Assembly: GCA_963823665.1 (NCBI GenBank)
Contig: CAWGMQ010000003.1
Location: 416,001-480,000, forward strand
DNA length: 64,000 nt
Reading direction: 5' to 3'
Source of the DNA: an uncultured Planctomycetota bacterium
GTDB lineage: Bacteria > Planctomycetota > Planctomycetia > Isosphaerales > Isosphaeraceae
Shown one piece after another: positions 32,688 to 42,384 of the stretch; position 1 is the stretch's first letter, and each line of letters starts with the position of its first letter. The notes under the pieces are model-generated. The model saw only the letters and a list, made by a program, of their open reading frames with translations, did no database searches and had not been told where the DNA came from. Both the position numbers and the translations under genes were made by a program.

Positions 32688-34610
32688 CAGACACCCACCC
32701 TCTGCAATCGACAGTCGGTGCTGGGAAAAGCCAGGCGCACGTAGCTCGCACCGGTTTGCGTCCCGCGATCGCTGGGTGCCTCGCGGCCGACGACGCGCAC
32801 GCACGCGTTTTGCCACGCACGGTCAGCAACTGGGTGCGCTCGGCTACGTCGCCGGCGATTTGCATGCGTCGGTTGCTGCGAACCGCTCGATATCGACGGC
32901 CGTGCTTCGTCGCTTGCCGCGCCGGCGAACGAAACGACGCTGTCCGGCCTCAAATCCGTTCAAATTCGGCGTCCCGCGCTACGACCAGCGCTGGCGAGCT
33001 AGCGAGCGAGCCGCTTACTTACAAAAACGCCACTTGCGCGGCCGCCTTGCCCTGAAACCAGCGTCGTGAGCAACGCGGCGCAGTGCGCACAAGCGAACTT
33101 GCTCGACCTGCCGCTTGCTTGAACATGCGCCCGAAGTCGCGCACCGTGTCCACCCAATTCGTTCGATCCACTCCCAGTCGGTCCAGGATGGGAGCCAGGT
33201 CTTCTGGAATTGCCCCACGCTTGTCCCGCCTCAGTTCCCGGCCCGTCCAATCGAGCAGCATGGCATACTTTCTGGTCTCGATCGGCAGAAACCCCTGATC
33301 CGACGCCCGCGCAGGGAGCGGCCGTTGTGACGCCGCCTGGCGCGGCACAGCCGAGACCGTGGCTGAAGAGCCAGCAGTTGCCCGACGCCCCGCGACATTG
33401 ACATGATCGCTCGCGATCGGTTCGCGCGGCGGACCCGTTTCTGACGGTGCAGCCGGTGAGTTTTCGGCCTGCCCGATTCTGGGAACGACGTCGGTCTCCC
33501 GCAACGTCAGTTCGCACAGCCAGCCATCCCGGCGATTGGAAGTCTCGGCCGAGCTCTCCTCACGCGATGAATGCAATCCACCCGGAGTTCCGGCGACGCT
33601 CAGAATGCGGTCACACCCCGACGTGAATTGCGATTCCTCCGGCGTACTGGCGATTCCCGCCCGAATCGGGTTGAGATCGACATAGACGCTGCATGCCAAA
33701 AGCGCTGCCTCATCGAGAAGCGGCTGAGATTTGAACCGACCGGCCCAGAATCTTCCCGCCGAGCGGTCCTCCCGATTGGCCGCCCGGGCGACCCATTCAC
33801 ACAAGCACCTCATGAACCACGACAGACTCGACAGCCGGCCGCGCAGGATCGCCAGCCGGTCAGCGTCGGCCGTGAGCATCGCCAGGTCAACGTCATCGGG
33901 CTCTGCTGGCTCGCCGGTAACATCGTCACGTTGCGGAAAGAGCTTGCGCCAGCGCAGCGCGACTTCAGCGTCGGACCATTGCTCGACGCTGTCGGGTCGA
34001 TTGCGGAGAACGAGATGCAGGTGGTTGCTCATAATGGCATAACCGCACACCTCGACGCCGAACAGCCCGGCGAGAGCGCGTAGCCGATCGAGAATCCAGG
34101 CCTTACGGTGAGAGTAATCACGACCGGAGTACGAGTCGGTGCCGCACAGGAAAGCTCTTCGGACGCACCGAGCAATGCAGTGATAAACGCCCACGCACTC
34201 TTCGTGGACGATGTAGCGGCGAGCAGAGGCCGGCACGTAAGGCTCCATCACCAGGCAGGTGCAGCACGTTAGCGAGAGTATTCACGAGATCAGTAATGGA
34301 CAAAAATACCAGTAGCGGCGCGGGTGTCAAGAGTGTTGAGAAAAAAATCGACAGCGAAGACGATTTGCTCGGAGCTAACCCGGAGTTGCCACTACCACCG
34401 CCGCAGATGCTTCGGGACGAGCCCGGTGGCATCTGCACCGGGATGCCAGCTTCACATGAGATCGGTGGGTGTCTGCGATCCTTTCGTCTGCCATCCGCGG
34501 TGGCGGCATCTGGACCGGGATGCCAGCTTCACCTGAGATCGGTGGGTGTCGGCCATCCTTCTGAGATCGATGGATGTCTGCCATCCATGAGATCGGTGGG
34601 TGTCTGCCAT
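32688..34610 (-). mobile_element. Y1/HUH (RAYT/IS200-like) element bounded by inverted GGTGGGTGTCTG motifs
   Basis: CAGACACCCACC at 32688-32699 is the reverse complement of GGTGGGTGTCTG at 34464 and 34595; encloses the transposase. Confidence 0.7.
33019..34236 (-). CDS. Y1 (HUH) transposase, REP-associated type
   Basis: YHCIARCVRRAFLCG, YAIMSNHLHLVL (HUH), ANRED..GRFWAGRFKSQ, YVDLNPIRAG; GTG start after GGAG. Confidence 0.9.
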   Translation of the reverse strand: MPASARRYIVHEECVGVYHCIARCVRRAFLCGTDSYSGRDYSHRKAWILDRLRALAGLFGVEVCGYAIMSNHLHLVLRNRPDSVEQWSDAEVALRWRKLFPQRDDVTGEPAEPDDVDLAMLTADADRLAILRGRLSSLSWFMRCLCEWVARAANREDRSAGRFWAGRFKSQPLLDEAALLACSVYVDLNPIRAGIASTPEESQFTSGCDRILSVAGTPGGLHSSREESSAETSNRRDGWLCELTLRETDVVPRIGQAENSPAAPSETGPPREPIASDHVNVAGRRATAGSSATVSAVPRQAASQRPLPARASDQGFLPIETRKYAMLLDWTGRELRRDKRGAIPEDLAPILDRLGVDRTNWVDTVRDFGRMFKQAAGRASSLVRTAPRCSRRWFQGKAAAQVAFL

Positions 34611-34612
34611 CC
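34425..34612. repeat. four amplified copies of the transposon end motif
   Basis: TGAGATCG(G/A)TGG(G/A)TGTC four times (core at 34464, 34541, 34569, 34595); two carry a GGCATC-N8-GATGCC hairpin. Confidence 0.85.
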
Positions 34613-34754
34613 CCCGGATTCTTGCTTGAACTGTGACGAGCGGACCATCTTGACGGTCTTTGGGCTTCGTCAAGTCGGCATGTTCAATCATTCGCCGAAG
34701 TTCGTCAGCGTTTGTGGGAGATACTCGGCATTCCGCCAGCCACGGCACGACCGC

Positions 34755-34900
34755 TTTGCCCCGCATGGAAGAATTGGGGAACAGCCAATACAGTGAAGTA
34801 CGGCACGGTGATTCTGCGTAGCAAGAATGACGACGTGATCCCGTTTTGCCGACTCCGAAGAGCTGCTCCGAAACAGCGGGCTCGCTGGAACAGGCCGCTG
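34755..34900 (+). pseudogene. fragment of an alpha/beta-hydrolase-like gene
   Basis: LCPAWKNWGTANTVKYGTVILRSKNDDVIPF with no start context, then loss of frame. Confidence 0.45.
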
Positions 34901-35100
34901 GTTGTGAACCCAACGAAGCGATGCGGGAAAGAATGCAACAAGCGCTGAGAGGAGAGCCGCTTTCCCCGTGAATCAACTACCGAGGGATGATAGTACCGGC
35001 GGAGTTTGCATTGGGCATCTATCTTCGGGGATCGGTTCCTCCTGAACCGGGAACTTGAAGAGAGCAGGCTCACCTGCCGCTTCGCTTCGATCACTCTTGG

Positions 35101-35274
35101 TCAGCTACAAGCAGCCTGGCGATTGATTGTCTGATCGATCCCAGACTCGAAAGTGTCACAGACCAGACCGGCTACCAGCCACCGTAGCGAGACACGCTCT
35201 TCCTGAGCAATTCTGCGGAGGTGGCAAAGAAGATCGTCGGACAAGACAACAGCGAGTTTGGGTTTGGCTTCCAA
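35101..35274 (-). CDS. small ribbon-helix-helix-like protein
   Basis: KLAVVLSDDLLCHLRRIAQEERVSLRWLVAGLV; GGAG SD before TTG. Confidence 0.5.
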   Translation of the reverse strand: MEAKPKLAVVLSDDLLCHLRRIAQEERVSLRWLVAGLVCDTFESGIDQTINRQAACS

Positions 35275-35385
35275 GACATTCGCTCCCTGGTCATGGTTGT
35301 TGATGAACGAAGGCATCATGCATCGTGGAGCCCACCCTCCTAGGCTTAGAATGGCTGTCGTTCTCACTCCTCCGGAGATCGAGCA

Positions 35386-35973
35386 ATGAAGCGAATCCGA
35401 TTCAACATCGCTAGTCTGCTCGGCGTCGTCCTGGTTCTTGGGATCGGCTTTGCTGCTCTGAGAGAATCCAGCGACCTCTGGGAGAGCAGCATCTTCAGCA
35501 TCACACTCGTCGTTCTATTGATTTCGATCATGTTCGCCATTCATCGAACTGAGACGAGACGGGCATTTTGGATCGGGTTCGCAGTGTTCGGTTGGATCTA
35601 CCTGGCGCTTACGCTGGTCCCGTCAATTGAATCCAGGCTGATCACGACCGAGGGGTTGGCTTATCTCGATTCAGGGGTGCAGGATGCCTTCTCCAACAAC
35701 ATACAAGCCGGGGGCACTCTTTCCGGCAGTCTCAAAGAGCACACGATCAGAGCCCCGTTCCAGGGCATTATCCTCAAGAGTCGGAAACAGGACGGGTCGC
35801 TTACGTCGTATTACTCCGCACTCTTTGGAGGCGGCAGCGGCAAGACAGGGAACTTTGTCGGGATTGGACACTCGCTGTTCACTCTGCTGATGGGCTTGCT
35901 CGGCGCACAACTCTCTCGCCGTCTTTGCCGAACTTCGAGATCGCCAGAGCCATCAACAGCGGTCGAGGCGTAA
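35386..35973 (+). CDS. four-TM hypothetical membrane protein (paralogue of 37493)
   Basis: MKRIRFNIASLL..GFAALRES..RAFWIGFAVFG..NFVGIGHSL; GGAG SD. Confidence 0.8.
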   Translation: MKRIRFNIASLLGVVLVLGIGFAALRESSDLWESSIFSITLVVLLISIMFAIHRTETRRAFWIGFAVFGWIYLALTLVPSIESRLITTEGLAYLDSGVQDAFSNNIQAGGTLSGSLKEHTIRAPFQGIILKSRKQDGSLTSYYSALFGGGSGKTGNFVGIGHSLFTLLMGLLGAQLSRRLCRTSRSPEPSTAVEA

Positions 35974-35984
35974 GGAACTGCACA

Positions 35985-36676
35985 GTGACCGACCTATACC
36001 TCTGTCCCGGCAAGATCCTCAGCGCCTTCGGTCGGCTATATCCTCAAGCCTGGCAAAAGGTGGATGAGTCCCGTGCCGGGAGAAAGGAACTTCGGAACTG
36101 GCCCGACTGGTGCTTCCTGCCGCTGGCGGGAACCTACGCCATCGTGTCCAAGGGCAAGACCCCTCCCAACCAGGCTCATCACATCGGAATCCTGGGTGCT
36201 CTGGCAGCCTGGCGGGTCACCCAAGGCATCTACCGGTTCGATCCCACGACCTTTGACGCCCTCTGGAAGACCCCGGTCACTGGCGACATCCCCACTGAGG
36301 TTCTATATCACGCTCCGAGGCCGCCGAGATCAAGGGGGTTGGTGCCGGTAATCGTGCGCCCACTCGTCCCAAGCCCCAGAAGACCAAGAAGGGGATGAGG
36401 ATCTTCGCTCCGGATCATCCGAGCCGGTGGGAGGTCGGTTATCGCCTTGGAGCTGCGTTGAGGCAGGCGTTGTCGGAGCATGAACCAGCGGACCCGACCG
36501 GCACCCATGCCAGCCCTCGTCCCCATATCCGAAGCGCTCACTGGCACTCATTCTGGGTGGGAAAGAAGGATCAGCCCGATGCAAGGTCCGTGACGCTCAA
36601 GTGGCTGCCGCCAAGCCCGGTGAATGTGCTGGGAGTCGAAGACCTGACGACGACGGTGCGGGATGTAGGCAAATAG
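35985..36676 (+). pseudogene. AcrVA2/FinQ-family homologue with an out-of-frame internal deletion
   Basis: N-half WPDWCFLPLA..ALAAWRVTQGIYRFDP..TPVTGDIP.EVLY; C-half in another frame SEAAEI..PKPQKTKKGMRIF..WEVG..SPRPHIRSAHWHSFW.G..KWLPP. Confidence 0.7.
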
Positions 36677-36699
36677 TGACGCATTACTGGAGATTGGCG

Positions 36700-37383
36700 A
36701 TGGATTCGTATCCCGATCTGTCAACCGAAGCCAAGTGCCGGGAGCTCCTCGACCGTTACCCGGATAATCTCTTCGTGAGGGACCGGTTGGCTTCTATTCT
36801 TCGATCTCAAGGACGCAACGATGAGGCGAGCGAGCTTCTTCCCGTCGAACCGCCCTACTTGAAATACGACATGGGACTCTTAACCCATGACGAACGTATT
36901 CGTCAAAATCCCAAAGACACGGTCGCCTACCTGAACCGAGGAATATGGCACCATTGGAATGGATCATTCGGTAAGGCGCTAACGGATTTCGACACATCCA
37001 TCTCGATCGATCCCACCATCGCCTACGCATTTTGTGCCCGTGCCAGCCTGCGAGCAACCTGCCCCGACGAGACATTCCGGAATGGGCAGATGGCGCTGGA
37101 GGATGCTCGGACATCCCTGAAATTGGCTGAACAGGCAGGGCAGCTAATTGGGGACTGGCGGCATCGGCTTTACCTTCAGGTCTTGGCAGCGGCCCACGCC
37201 GAGAACGCCGAGTTCAAGCAAGCGATTGTGATCCAAACGACGGCTCTTGAACTCGCTCTCACCAATGGGCCGAGGTCACAGATCAGCCAACGGCTGGAGC
37301 AGTATCGGTTGGGCAATCCGATAAGGGAGGAGGGTGGGTTGGTCAGATGTGGTTTCAATCCCTCGGGCCATAGCCCAAGTTGA
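36700..37383 (+). CDS. tetratricopeptide-repeat protein
   Basis: AYLNRG..ALTDFDTSISIDP, LRATCPD..RNGQMALEDA, LAAAHAE..F.QAI. Confidence 0.8.
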   Translation: MDSYPDLSTEAKCRELLDRYPDNLFVRDRLASILRSQGRNDEASELLPVEPPYLKYDMGLLTHDERIRQNPKDTVAYLNRGIWHHWNGSFGKALTDFDTSISIDPTIAYAFCARASLRATCPDETFRNGQMALEDARTSLKLAEQAGQLIGDWRHRLYLQVLAAAHAENAEFKQAIVIQTTALELALTNGPRSQISQRLEQYRLGNPIREEGGLVRCGFNPSGHSPS

Positions 37384-37492
37384 TCGACAGGTCCGGTACT
37401 ACCGCCAGTTGGTTCGACGGCATTTCCCGAAATTCAGACTCCGCTTAAGATCGTCTTTAGCAGATCATCTTTCAATGTTTAGGAACCATGCC

Positions 37493-38065
37493 ATGAGGCG
37501 CTTTCGATTCCACCTCGGCACGCTCGTGATCCTCGTTCTGCTCCTTGGGGTCGGTTTTGCCGCCCTTCGTGAGTCCAACAATCTCTGGGACAGCACCATC
37601 TTCAGTGTCACGCTCGTTCTCCTATCGGTCTCGATCTTGTTTGCCGTCCATCGCCATGAATCCAAACGAGCGTTCTGGCTGGGGTTCGCTTTATTTGGGT
37701 CAGCTTACCTGGGACTCTCTTTTGTGCCGTCAATCGAATCCAGGCTGATGACGACCAAGGCGCTTGTCTACCTTGACTCCAAATTGCCGGAGCGACCATT
37801 AGACATTCTCCCTACGCTCCCGGAACTTATCCAATTCGCAAACGACAATCGGCTTGACATCAACAGACCGGACACCGTGACGCTTGCAAAGGTGAGTTTG
37901 CTCGGCGGGTGGAGCGGCACTACGGAGAACTTCATGAGGATTGGACACTCGTTACTTACCCTACTGGTGGGCTTGCTCGGCGCACAACTCTCTCGCTGCC
38001 TATGCCGTGCTCCGAAAAATAAAGATGGTTCCACGGCGGTCGAGTCGAAAGAAAGCACTCGGTAA
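37493..38065 (+). CDS. four-TM hypothetical membrane protein (paralogue of 35386)
   Basis: MRRFRFHLGTL..GFAALRES..RAFWLGFALFG..NFMRIGHSL. Confidence 0.8.
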   Translation: MRRFRFHLGTLVILVLLLGVGFAALRESNNLWDSTIFSVTLVLLSVSILFAVHRHESKRAFWLGFALFGSAYLGLSFVPSIESRLMTTKALVYLDSKLPERPLDILPTLPELIQFANDNRLDINRPDTVTLAKVSLLGGWSGTTENFMRIGHSLLTLLVGLLGAQLSRCLCRAPKNKDGSTAVESKESTR

Positions 38066-38108
38066 TCGACGTCTGCGTTCCTCTTTCCCCTTCAACTGCT
38101 CAGCGAGG

Positions 38109-38450
38109 ATGCCATTTGGAACCTTTGCAGCACTCGTTACCACGCCCGGCGGCAGAGTGACGTTGGCAATCATTCTCGGGATCATCGGGTTGCTCGTTAT
38201 TGTCTGCATCCCGCACAACGTGCGAATCTGGCGAGTGAGGAAGGTCTTCATAGACCTGCCGCTGATCGTCAAGGAACGGGTGCTTGAGTTGATCGAGGAG
38301 GCGGCAGCCGAGAATCCGTCGATAAGATACCTCCTTTTGGACAGTCCATGCTCGCAGCCGGAGATAGCGATCTTGTCCCATGTTGGCGGGATTCCGTTGC
38401 AAGGCATTGATCGATACCCACTGATGGAGACGCTCTACCGGATCGGCGCT
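38109..38450 (+). pseudogene. truncated membrane-anchored gene fragment
   Basis: GAGG SD, TM helix, plausible protein up to SHVGGIP, then runs into the next gene in another frame. Confidence 0.35.
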
Positions 38451-38499
38451 AGCGATGGTCTGGATCGATCGTCAGACCGGAGTCCAGGAGCGATTCGAT

Positions 38500-39015
38500 A
38501 TGCCTCAGTCCCCAAACCCTCAAATCGTCAAGAGGGTCAAGAACCTGTGCGAGATCGCCAAGGCGCTCCGCAGGGGAAAGCACTTCCCTATGACCCGCTT
38601 GACGACCATCAAGAGCCTCTGCGCAGAGCCTGAAGCCGGAACAGCTTTCGCTTTTTTCCTAACTCAGAGAATCCAGCGCAAAATGCGACGAGGGAAACAC
38701 CCAAAAAAGTTTCGTGAACTCGTGGATCGAGCCGTCAAGGAGTTGAAGCCCGATTTGGCTGAACCGACCGATGAACGACGAGCACGGCTGTCTTCGTTGT
38801 GCACTGAGATGCAAGCGGAACAGAATGACTACAAGAAGATTGGCTGGAACATGGTTCGGTTGCTCAAGAGCAGAGAAATGTCTGTGGTTGAAAGACCTTC
38901 ACGATTCTTGAGGAGAAAGGGATTCAGGCTGCCTTGGTCGTGGCTCCGTTTTGGCCCAAGACAGAACAATCAGGACGGACGGGTGAGCGACGATCCGGGT
39001 CGCGTAGCACCTTGA
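38500..39015 (+). CDS. basic helical hypothetical protein (3' end possibly degraded)
   Basis: AGGAG SD; FPMTRLTTIKSLC; no known motif recognised. Confidence 0.55.
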   Translation: MPQSPNPQIVKRVKNLCEIAKALRRGKHFPMTRLTTIKSLCAEPEAGTAFAFFLTQRIQRKMRRGKHPKKFRELVDRAVKELKPDLAEPTDERRARLSSLCTEMQAEQNDYKKIGWNMVRLLKSREMSVVERPSRFLRRKGFRLPWSWLRFGPRQNNQDGRVSDDPGRVAP

Positions 39016-39117
39016 CAGTCTCAATTGTCCTGCGCGTAATCGAGACTCGAAGTGCCAGAGGCCGGGGGCGTGCGTTCGGCCGCCGCGGGCCCTCGCACTC
39101 CTAGAGGAGCACGATTC

Positions 39118-39449
39118 ATGCCCGACCCGATCACGTATGCCGATTTTGCCAAGCTCGAGCTGCGCGTCGCCAAGGTGATCGAGGCACGGCCGCACCCCAA
39201 CGCCGACCGCCTGCTCCTGGTGCAGGTTGACCTGGGTGACGAGCAAAAACAGATCGTCGCCGGCATTCGCCAGCACTACACGCCGGAGCAGCTCGTCGGG
39301 AAGTTGATCATCATCGTGAATAACCTCGAGCCCGCGATGCTGCGCGGCGAGTCGTCGAACGGAATGCTCTTGGCCGCCACGTCCGAAGACAAGGTGATCG
39401 TCCTGTCCGTCGACGACCCGAGCTGTGTCGTGGGCGCAAGATCAAATAA
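39118..39449 (+). CDS. stand-alone tRNA-binding protein (MetRS C-terminal/Trbp111/CsaA-like)
   Basis: ITYADFAKLELRV, HPNADRLL, QIVAGI, NLEPAMLRGESSNGMLLAA. Adding one base near 39437 gives the usual GAKIK-stop at TAA 39447-39449. Confidence 0.88.
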
Positions 39450-39486
39450 CGAATCGCGCCAGAGACGGCGTCCACGGAGTGAGCTT

Positions 39487-41094
39487 TTGCGGCGCGAACT
39501 TGGCGATTTTCAGACGCCGCCCGAGCTGGCAGCCGCGGTACTCGAGTGCTTGGGCCCGATCGGCCGGAAGTGGTCGCGAGTGCTCGAGCCAACCTGCGGC
39601 CAGGGCCATTTCATCGCCGGCCTGCTCGAACACGCGTTTCCACCCAGAGAGATCCTCGCCGTCGAGATTCAAGACAGCCACTGCGCGGCAGCTCGCGCGG
39701 CCTCGGCCGCCGGCGCCGATCGCCGCGGAGTGCACGTGCGAATCCACCAGGCCGATTTCTTCGGCGTCGATCTGCGCGAGGACTTGAGGTGGCGAGAGAC
39801 CGGCCGCCTGCTCGTCGTGGGCAACCCTCCCTGGGTCACCAGCGCCGAACTGGGCCGGCTCGATTCGAGCGTGCGACCACCCAGGCACCGAATGGAAGGT
39901 CTCGACGGTCTCGCGGCGCTCACCGGCTCTTCGAACTTCGACGTCGCCGAGGCCGTCTGGCTCAAGCTCATCGCCGAGCTGGCCGATCAAGCCGCGACGA
40001 TCGCCCTTCTTTGCAAGACGTCGGTCGCTCGGCGAATACTCGAGCGAGCACACCGTCAGCGGCTGCCGGTCGCAAACGCCGAGATTCGCCGGCTCGATGC
40101 GTCAAGGTGGTTCGGCGCGGCAGTCGACGCCTGCCTCTTCCAGGTTGAATTAGGGACGCCTGAGAGCCTGCGCGAAGTACCGGTCTACGAGAGCTTGGTG
40201 CACAAGAGTCCTACATCGGTGATGGGCTTCGCCGGCGGGTGGCTGATTGCTGATCGCGACGCGTACGCGGCGGGCTCGTCCGCGGAAGGCGTCTGTCCCT
40301 TGACCTGGCGGCAAGGGATCAAGCACGACGCCGCGGCGGTGATGGAGCTCGTTCGCGACGCGGAAACCGGCCGATTGAGGAACCGGGCTGGCGAGATCAT
40401 CGACGTCGAGCCGGAATTCGTCTATCCTCTCATCAAGGGAGGCGACCTGGCGCGCGACGCACCGAATTCCGAACGGGCCGTGCTGATCACTCAAGAGCGA
40501 ATCGGTGCCGACACCACGGTGCTGCGTGAATTAGCTCCGAGGCTCTGGGGGTATTTGCAAGCGCACGCCGGCGCATTCCGCAAGCGCAGGTCGTCGATCT
40601 ACGTTGGCCAGTCTCCGTTTGCGATGTTCGGAATTGGGCCGTACAGCTTCGCACCATGGAAGGTGGCCATCGGGGCGCTCAACAAGACACCGCGGTTCCG
40701 TGCTCTGGGGCCGAGAGAGGGGAAGCCGGTGATGCTCGATGACACGTGCTACTTCCTCCCCTGCTCTTCCGCGCCCGAGGCCGCCGTGCTCGCCGCGTTG
40801 TGCACTGACCCGCTCACCCTCGAGTTCCTGCGCACCGCCAGTTTTTCGAGCGCCAAGCGTCCTTTCACAAAAGCCCTGCTCCAGCGCGTGGATCTCGCTG
40901 CGATCCGGGTTCGGTCCGACCGCCGGTCGCTCACGGCGCGGGCACGCGAAATTCAAGAACGCGAGCTGGGACACGACAGCGGGAGCCGGGCAATCTCGAA
41001 CGTGATCGTCGGGTTGGAGCAGCAATTCAATCCATTGAGCCGCGGCGCGAAGGCCGCCGGCAAGACCCATGCCCGGGAGGGCCTTCGATCATGA
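39487..41094 (+). CDS. N6-adenine (or N4-cytosine) DNA methyltransferase, orphan
   Basis: GDFQTP, motif I VLEPTCGQGHF, motif IV GNPPW; TTG start after GGAG is inferred. Confidence 0.82.
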   Translation: MRRELGDFQTPPELAAAVLECLGPIGRKWSRVLEPTCGQGHFIAGLLEHAFPPREILAVEIQDSHCAAARAASAAGADRRGVHVRIHQADFFGVDLREDLRWRETGRLLVVGNPPWVTSAELGRLDSSVRPPRHRMEGLDGLAALTGSSNFDVAEAVWLKLIAELADQAATIALLCKTSVARRILERAHRQRLPVANAEIRRLDASRWFGAAVDACLFQVELGTPESLREVPVYESLVHKSPTSVMGFAGGWLIADRDAYAAGSSAEGVCPLTWRQGIKHDAAAVMELVRDAETGRLRNRAGEIIDVEPEFVYPLIKGGDLARDAPNSERAVLITQERIGADTTVLRELAPRLWGYLQAHAGAFRKRRSSIYVGQSPFAMFGIGPYSFAPWKVAIGALNKTPRFRALGPREGKPVMLDDTCYFLPCSSAPEAAVLAALCTDPLTLEFLRTASFSSAKRPFTKALLQRVDLAAIRVRSDRRSLTARAREIQERELGHDSGSRAISNVIVGLEQQFNPLSRGAKAAGKTHAREGLRS

Positions 41095-42239
41095 AGCTCG
41101 CGCGAATCATCGGCGGAATGATCTGCCTGGTCATGGTCGCGTGCGTCGCCGCGCGTGCTGAGGAGCCAAAGGCTCAGAGCCGCCCGAAGCTCAAGACGCG
41201 GAACATCCTGCTCGTCACGAGCGACGGCTTGCGGTGGCAGGAAGTCTTCGGCGGCGCCGATTCGAGCATGTTTAACAAGGAGAACGGCGGAGTCGCCCAG
41301 CCCGCGCTCTTGAAGAGTGACTTTGGCGGCGAAAAACCCGAGTCACGGCGCAAGCTTCTCATGCCGTTCATGTGGAGCGTGGTCGCGAAACAGGGCCAGA
41401 TCTACGGCAACGTGAATGCCGGCAGCGAGGTGCGGGTGACCAACGGCCGGAACTTCTCCTACCCGGGCTACAACGAAATTCTCTCTGGGTTTGCCGACCC
41501 CAAGATCGACAGCAACGAGAAGGTTCCCAACCAGAATGTGACCGTCTTGGAATGGCTCAACGGCCAGGACGACTACCGGAGCCGCGTCGCGGCATTCGGG
41601 TCGTGGGATGTGTTTCCCTACATCATCAACCGATGGCGCAGCCGTGTGCGTGTGGTGGCGGGCTGGCACCCGCTCGCGGGCATGGGTCTCTCGAAGGAAG
41701 AGTTCCTGATCAACCGGCTGATGTCGGAAACACCCAGGATGTGGGAAGAGTGCTGCTACGACTCCTTCACGTTTCACGCGGCTCTGGAGTATTTCAAGCG
41801 CCAGCGCCCGCGCGTGCTATACGTCGCCCTGGGAGAAACCGACGAGTTCGCCCACATGGGCCGCTACGACCAGTATCTCCGCGCCGCAAGAAACGCAGAC
41901 TATCACCTCAGGCACCTGTGGGACGCCGTGCAATCAATGCCCGACTATCGCGGCACGACAACGATGATCGTGACCACCGACCACGGCCGCGGCGACGCGC
42001 CGGTGGAATGGAAAAACCACGGAGCCAAGGTCGCCGGTTCCGAAAAGATCTGGATCGCCGTCATCGGCCCGGACACACCCGCCCTGGGCGAGCGCACCCA
42101 CGTCGCCCCGCTAGTCCAGGGCCAGGTCGCCGCCACCGTCGCGGCCTTGCTCGGTCTGGACTTTCAAGCGTTCTCACCCAAAGCCGCGCCGCCGATTGTG
42201 GAGGTTGTGGGGCGCGAGCGCGCCGGGCCGCGGGACTGA
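41091..42239 (+). CDS. exported alkaline-phosphatase-superfamily protein
   Basis: Signal peptide, LVTSDGLRWQE, FSYPGYNE, ETDEFAH, VTTDHGRG. Confidence 0.87.
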   Translation: MKLARIIGGMICLVMVACVAARAEEPKAQSRPKLKTRNILLVTSDGLRWQEVFGGADSSMFNKENGGVAQPALLKSDFGGEKPESRRKLLMPFMWSVVAKQGQIYGNVNAGSEVRVTNGRNFSYPGYNEILSGFADPKIDSNEKVPNQNVTVLEWLNGQDDYRSRVAAFGSWDVFPYIINRWRSRVRVVAGWHPLAGMGLSKEEFLINRLMSETPRMWEECCYDSFTFHAALEYFKRQRPRVLYVALGETDEFAHMGRYDQYLRAARNADYHLRHLWDAVQSMPDYRGTTTMIVTTDHGRGDAPVEWKNHGAKVAGSEKIWIAVIGPDTPALGERTHVAPLVQGQVAATVAALLGLDFQAFSPKAAPPIVEVVGRERAGPRD

Positions 42240-42384
42240 GTTCTTAGAACGTGGCTTCGGTGACGGTGTCATTGGAGAGTTCGATCTCAATGTCAAGGCC
42301 GTGATCGCTGAGTTCAACTCTCGGCGGATGAACCCCGCGAGGCACGGAAACACTACCGCTCCGTCCGCGGCCCCGAAGAACGCC

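Noticed and set aside
32681..32865. N-terminus of the 645-aa GT ORF (MQIAGDV..)
   Set aside because: Read-through from transposon DNA, not glycosyltransferase sequence.
34425..34612. Possible CRISPR-like repeats next to the transposase
   Set aside because: Units are nested duplications of the element end with unequal lengths and no unique spacers.
39052..41094. Apparent novel fusion of a tRNA-binding domain to a DNA methyltransferase (680-aa ORF)
   Set aside because: One added base near 39437 restores a normal GAKIK-stop ending, and an SD plus TTG follows; indels are common in this contig.
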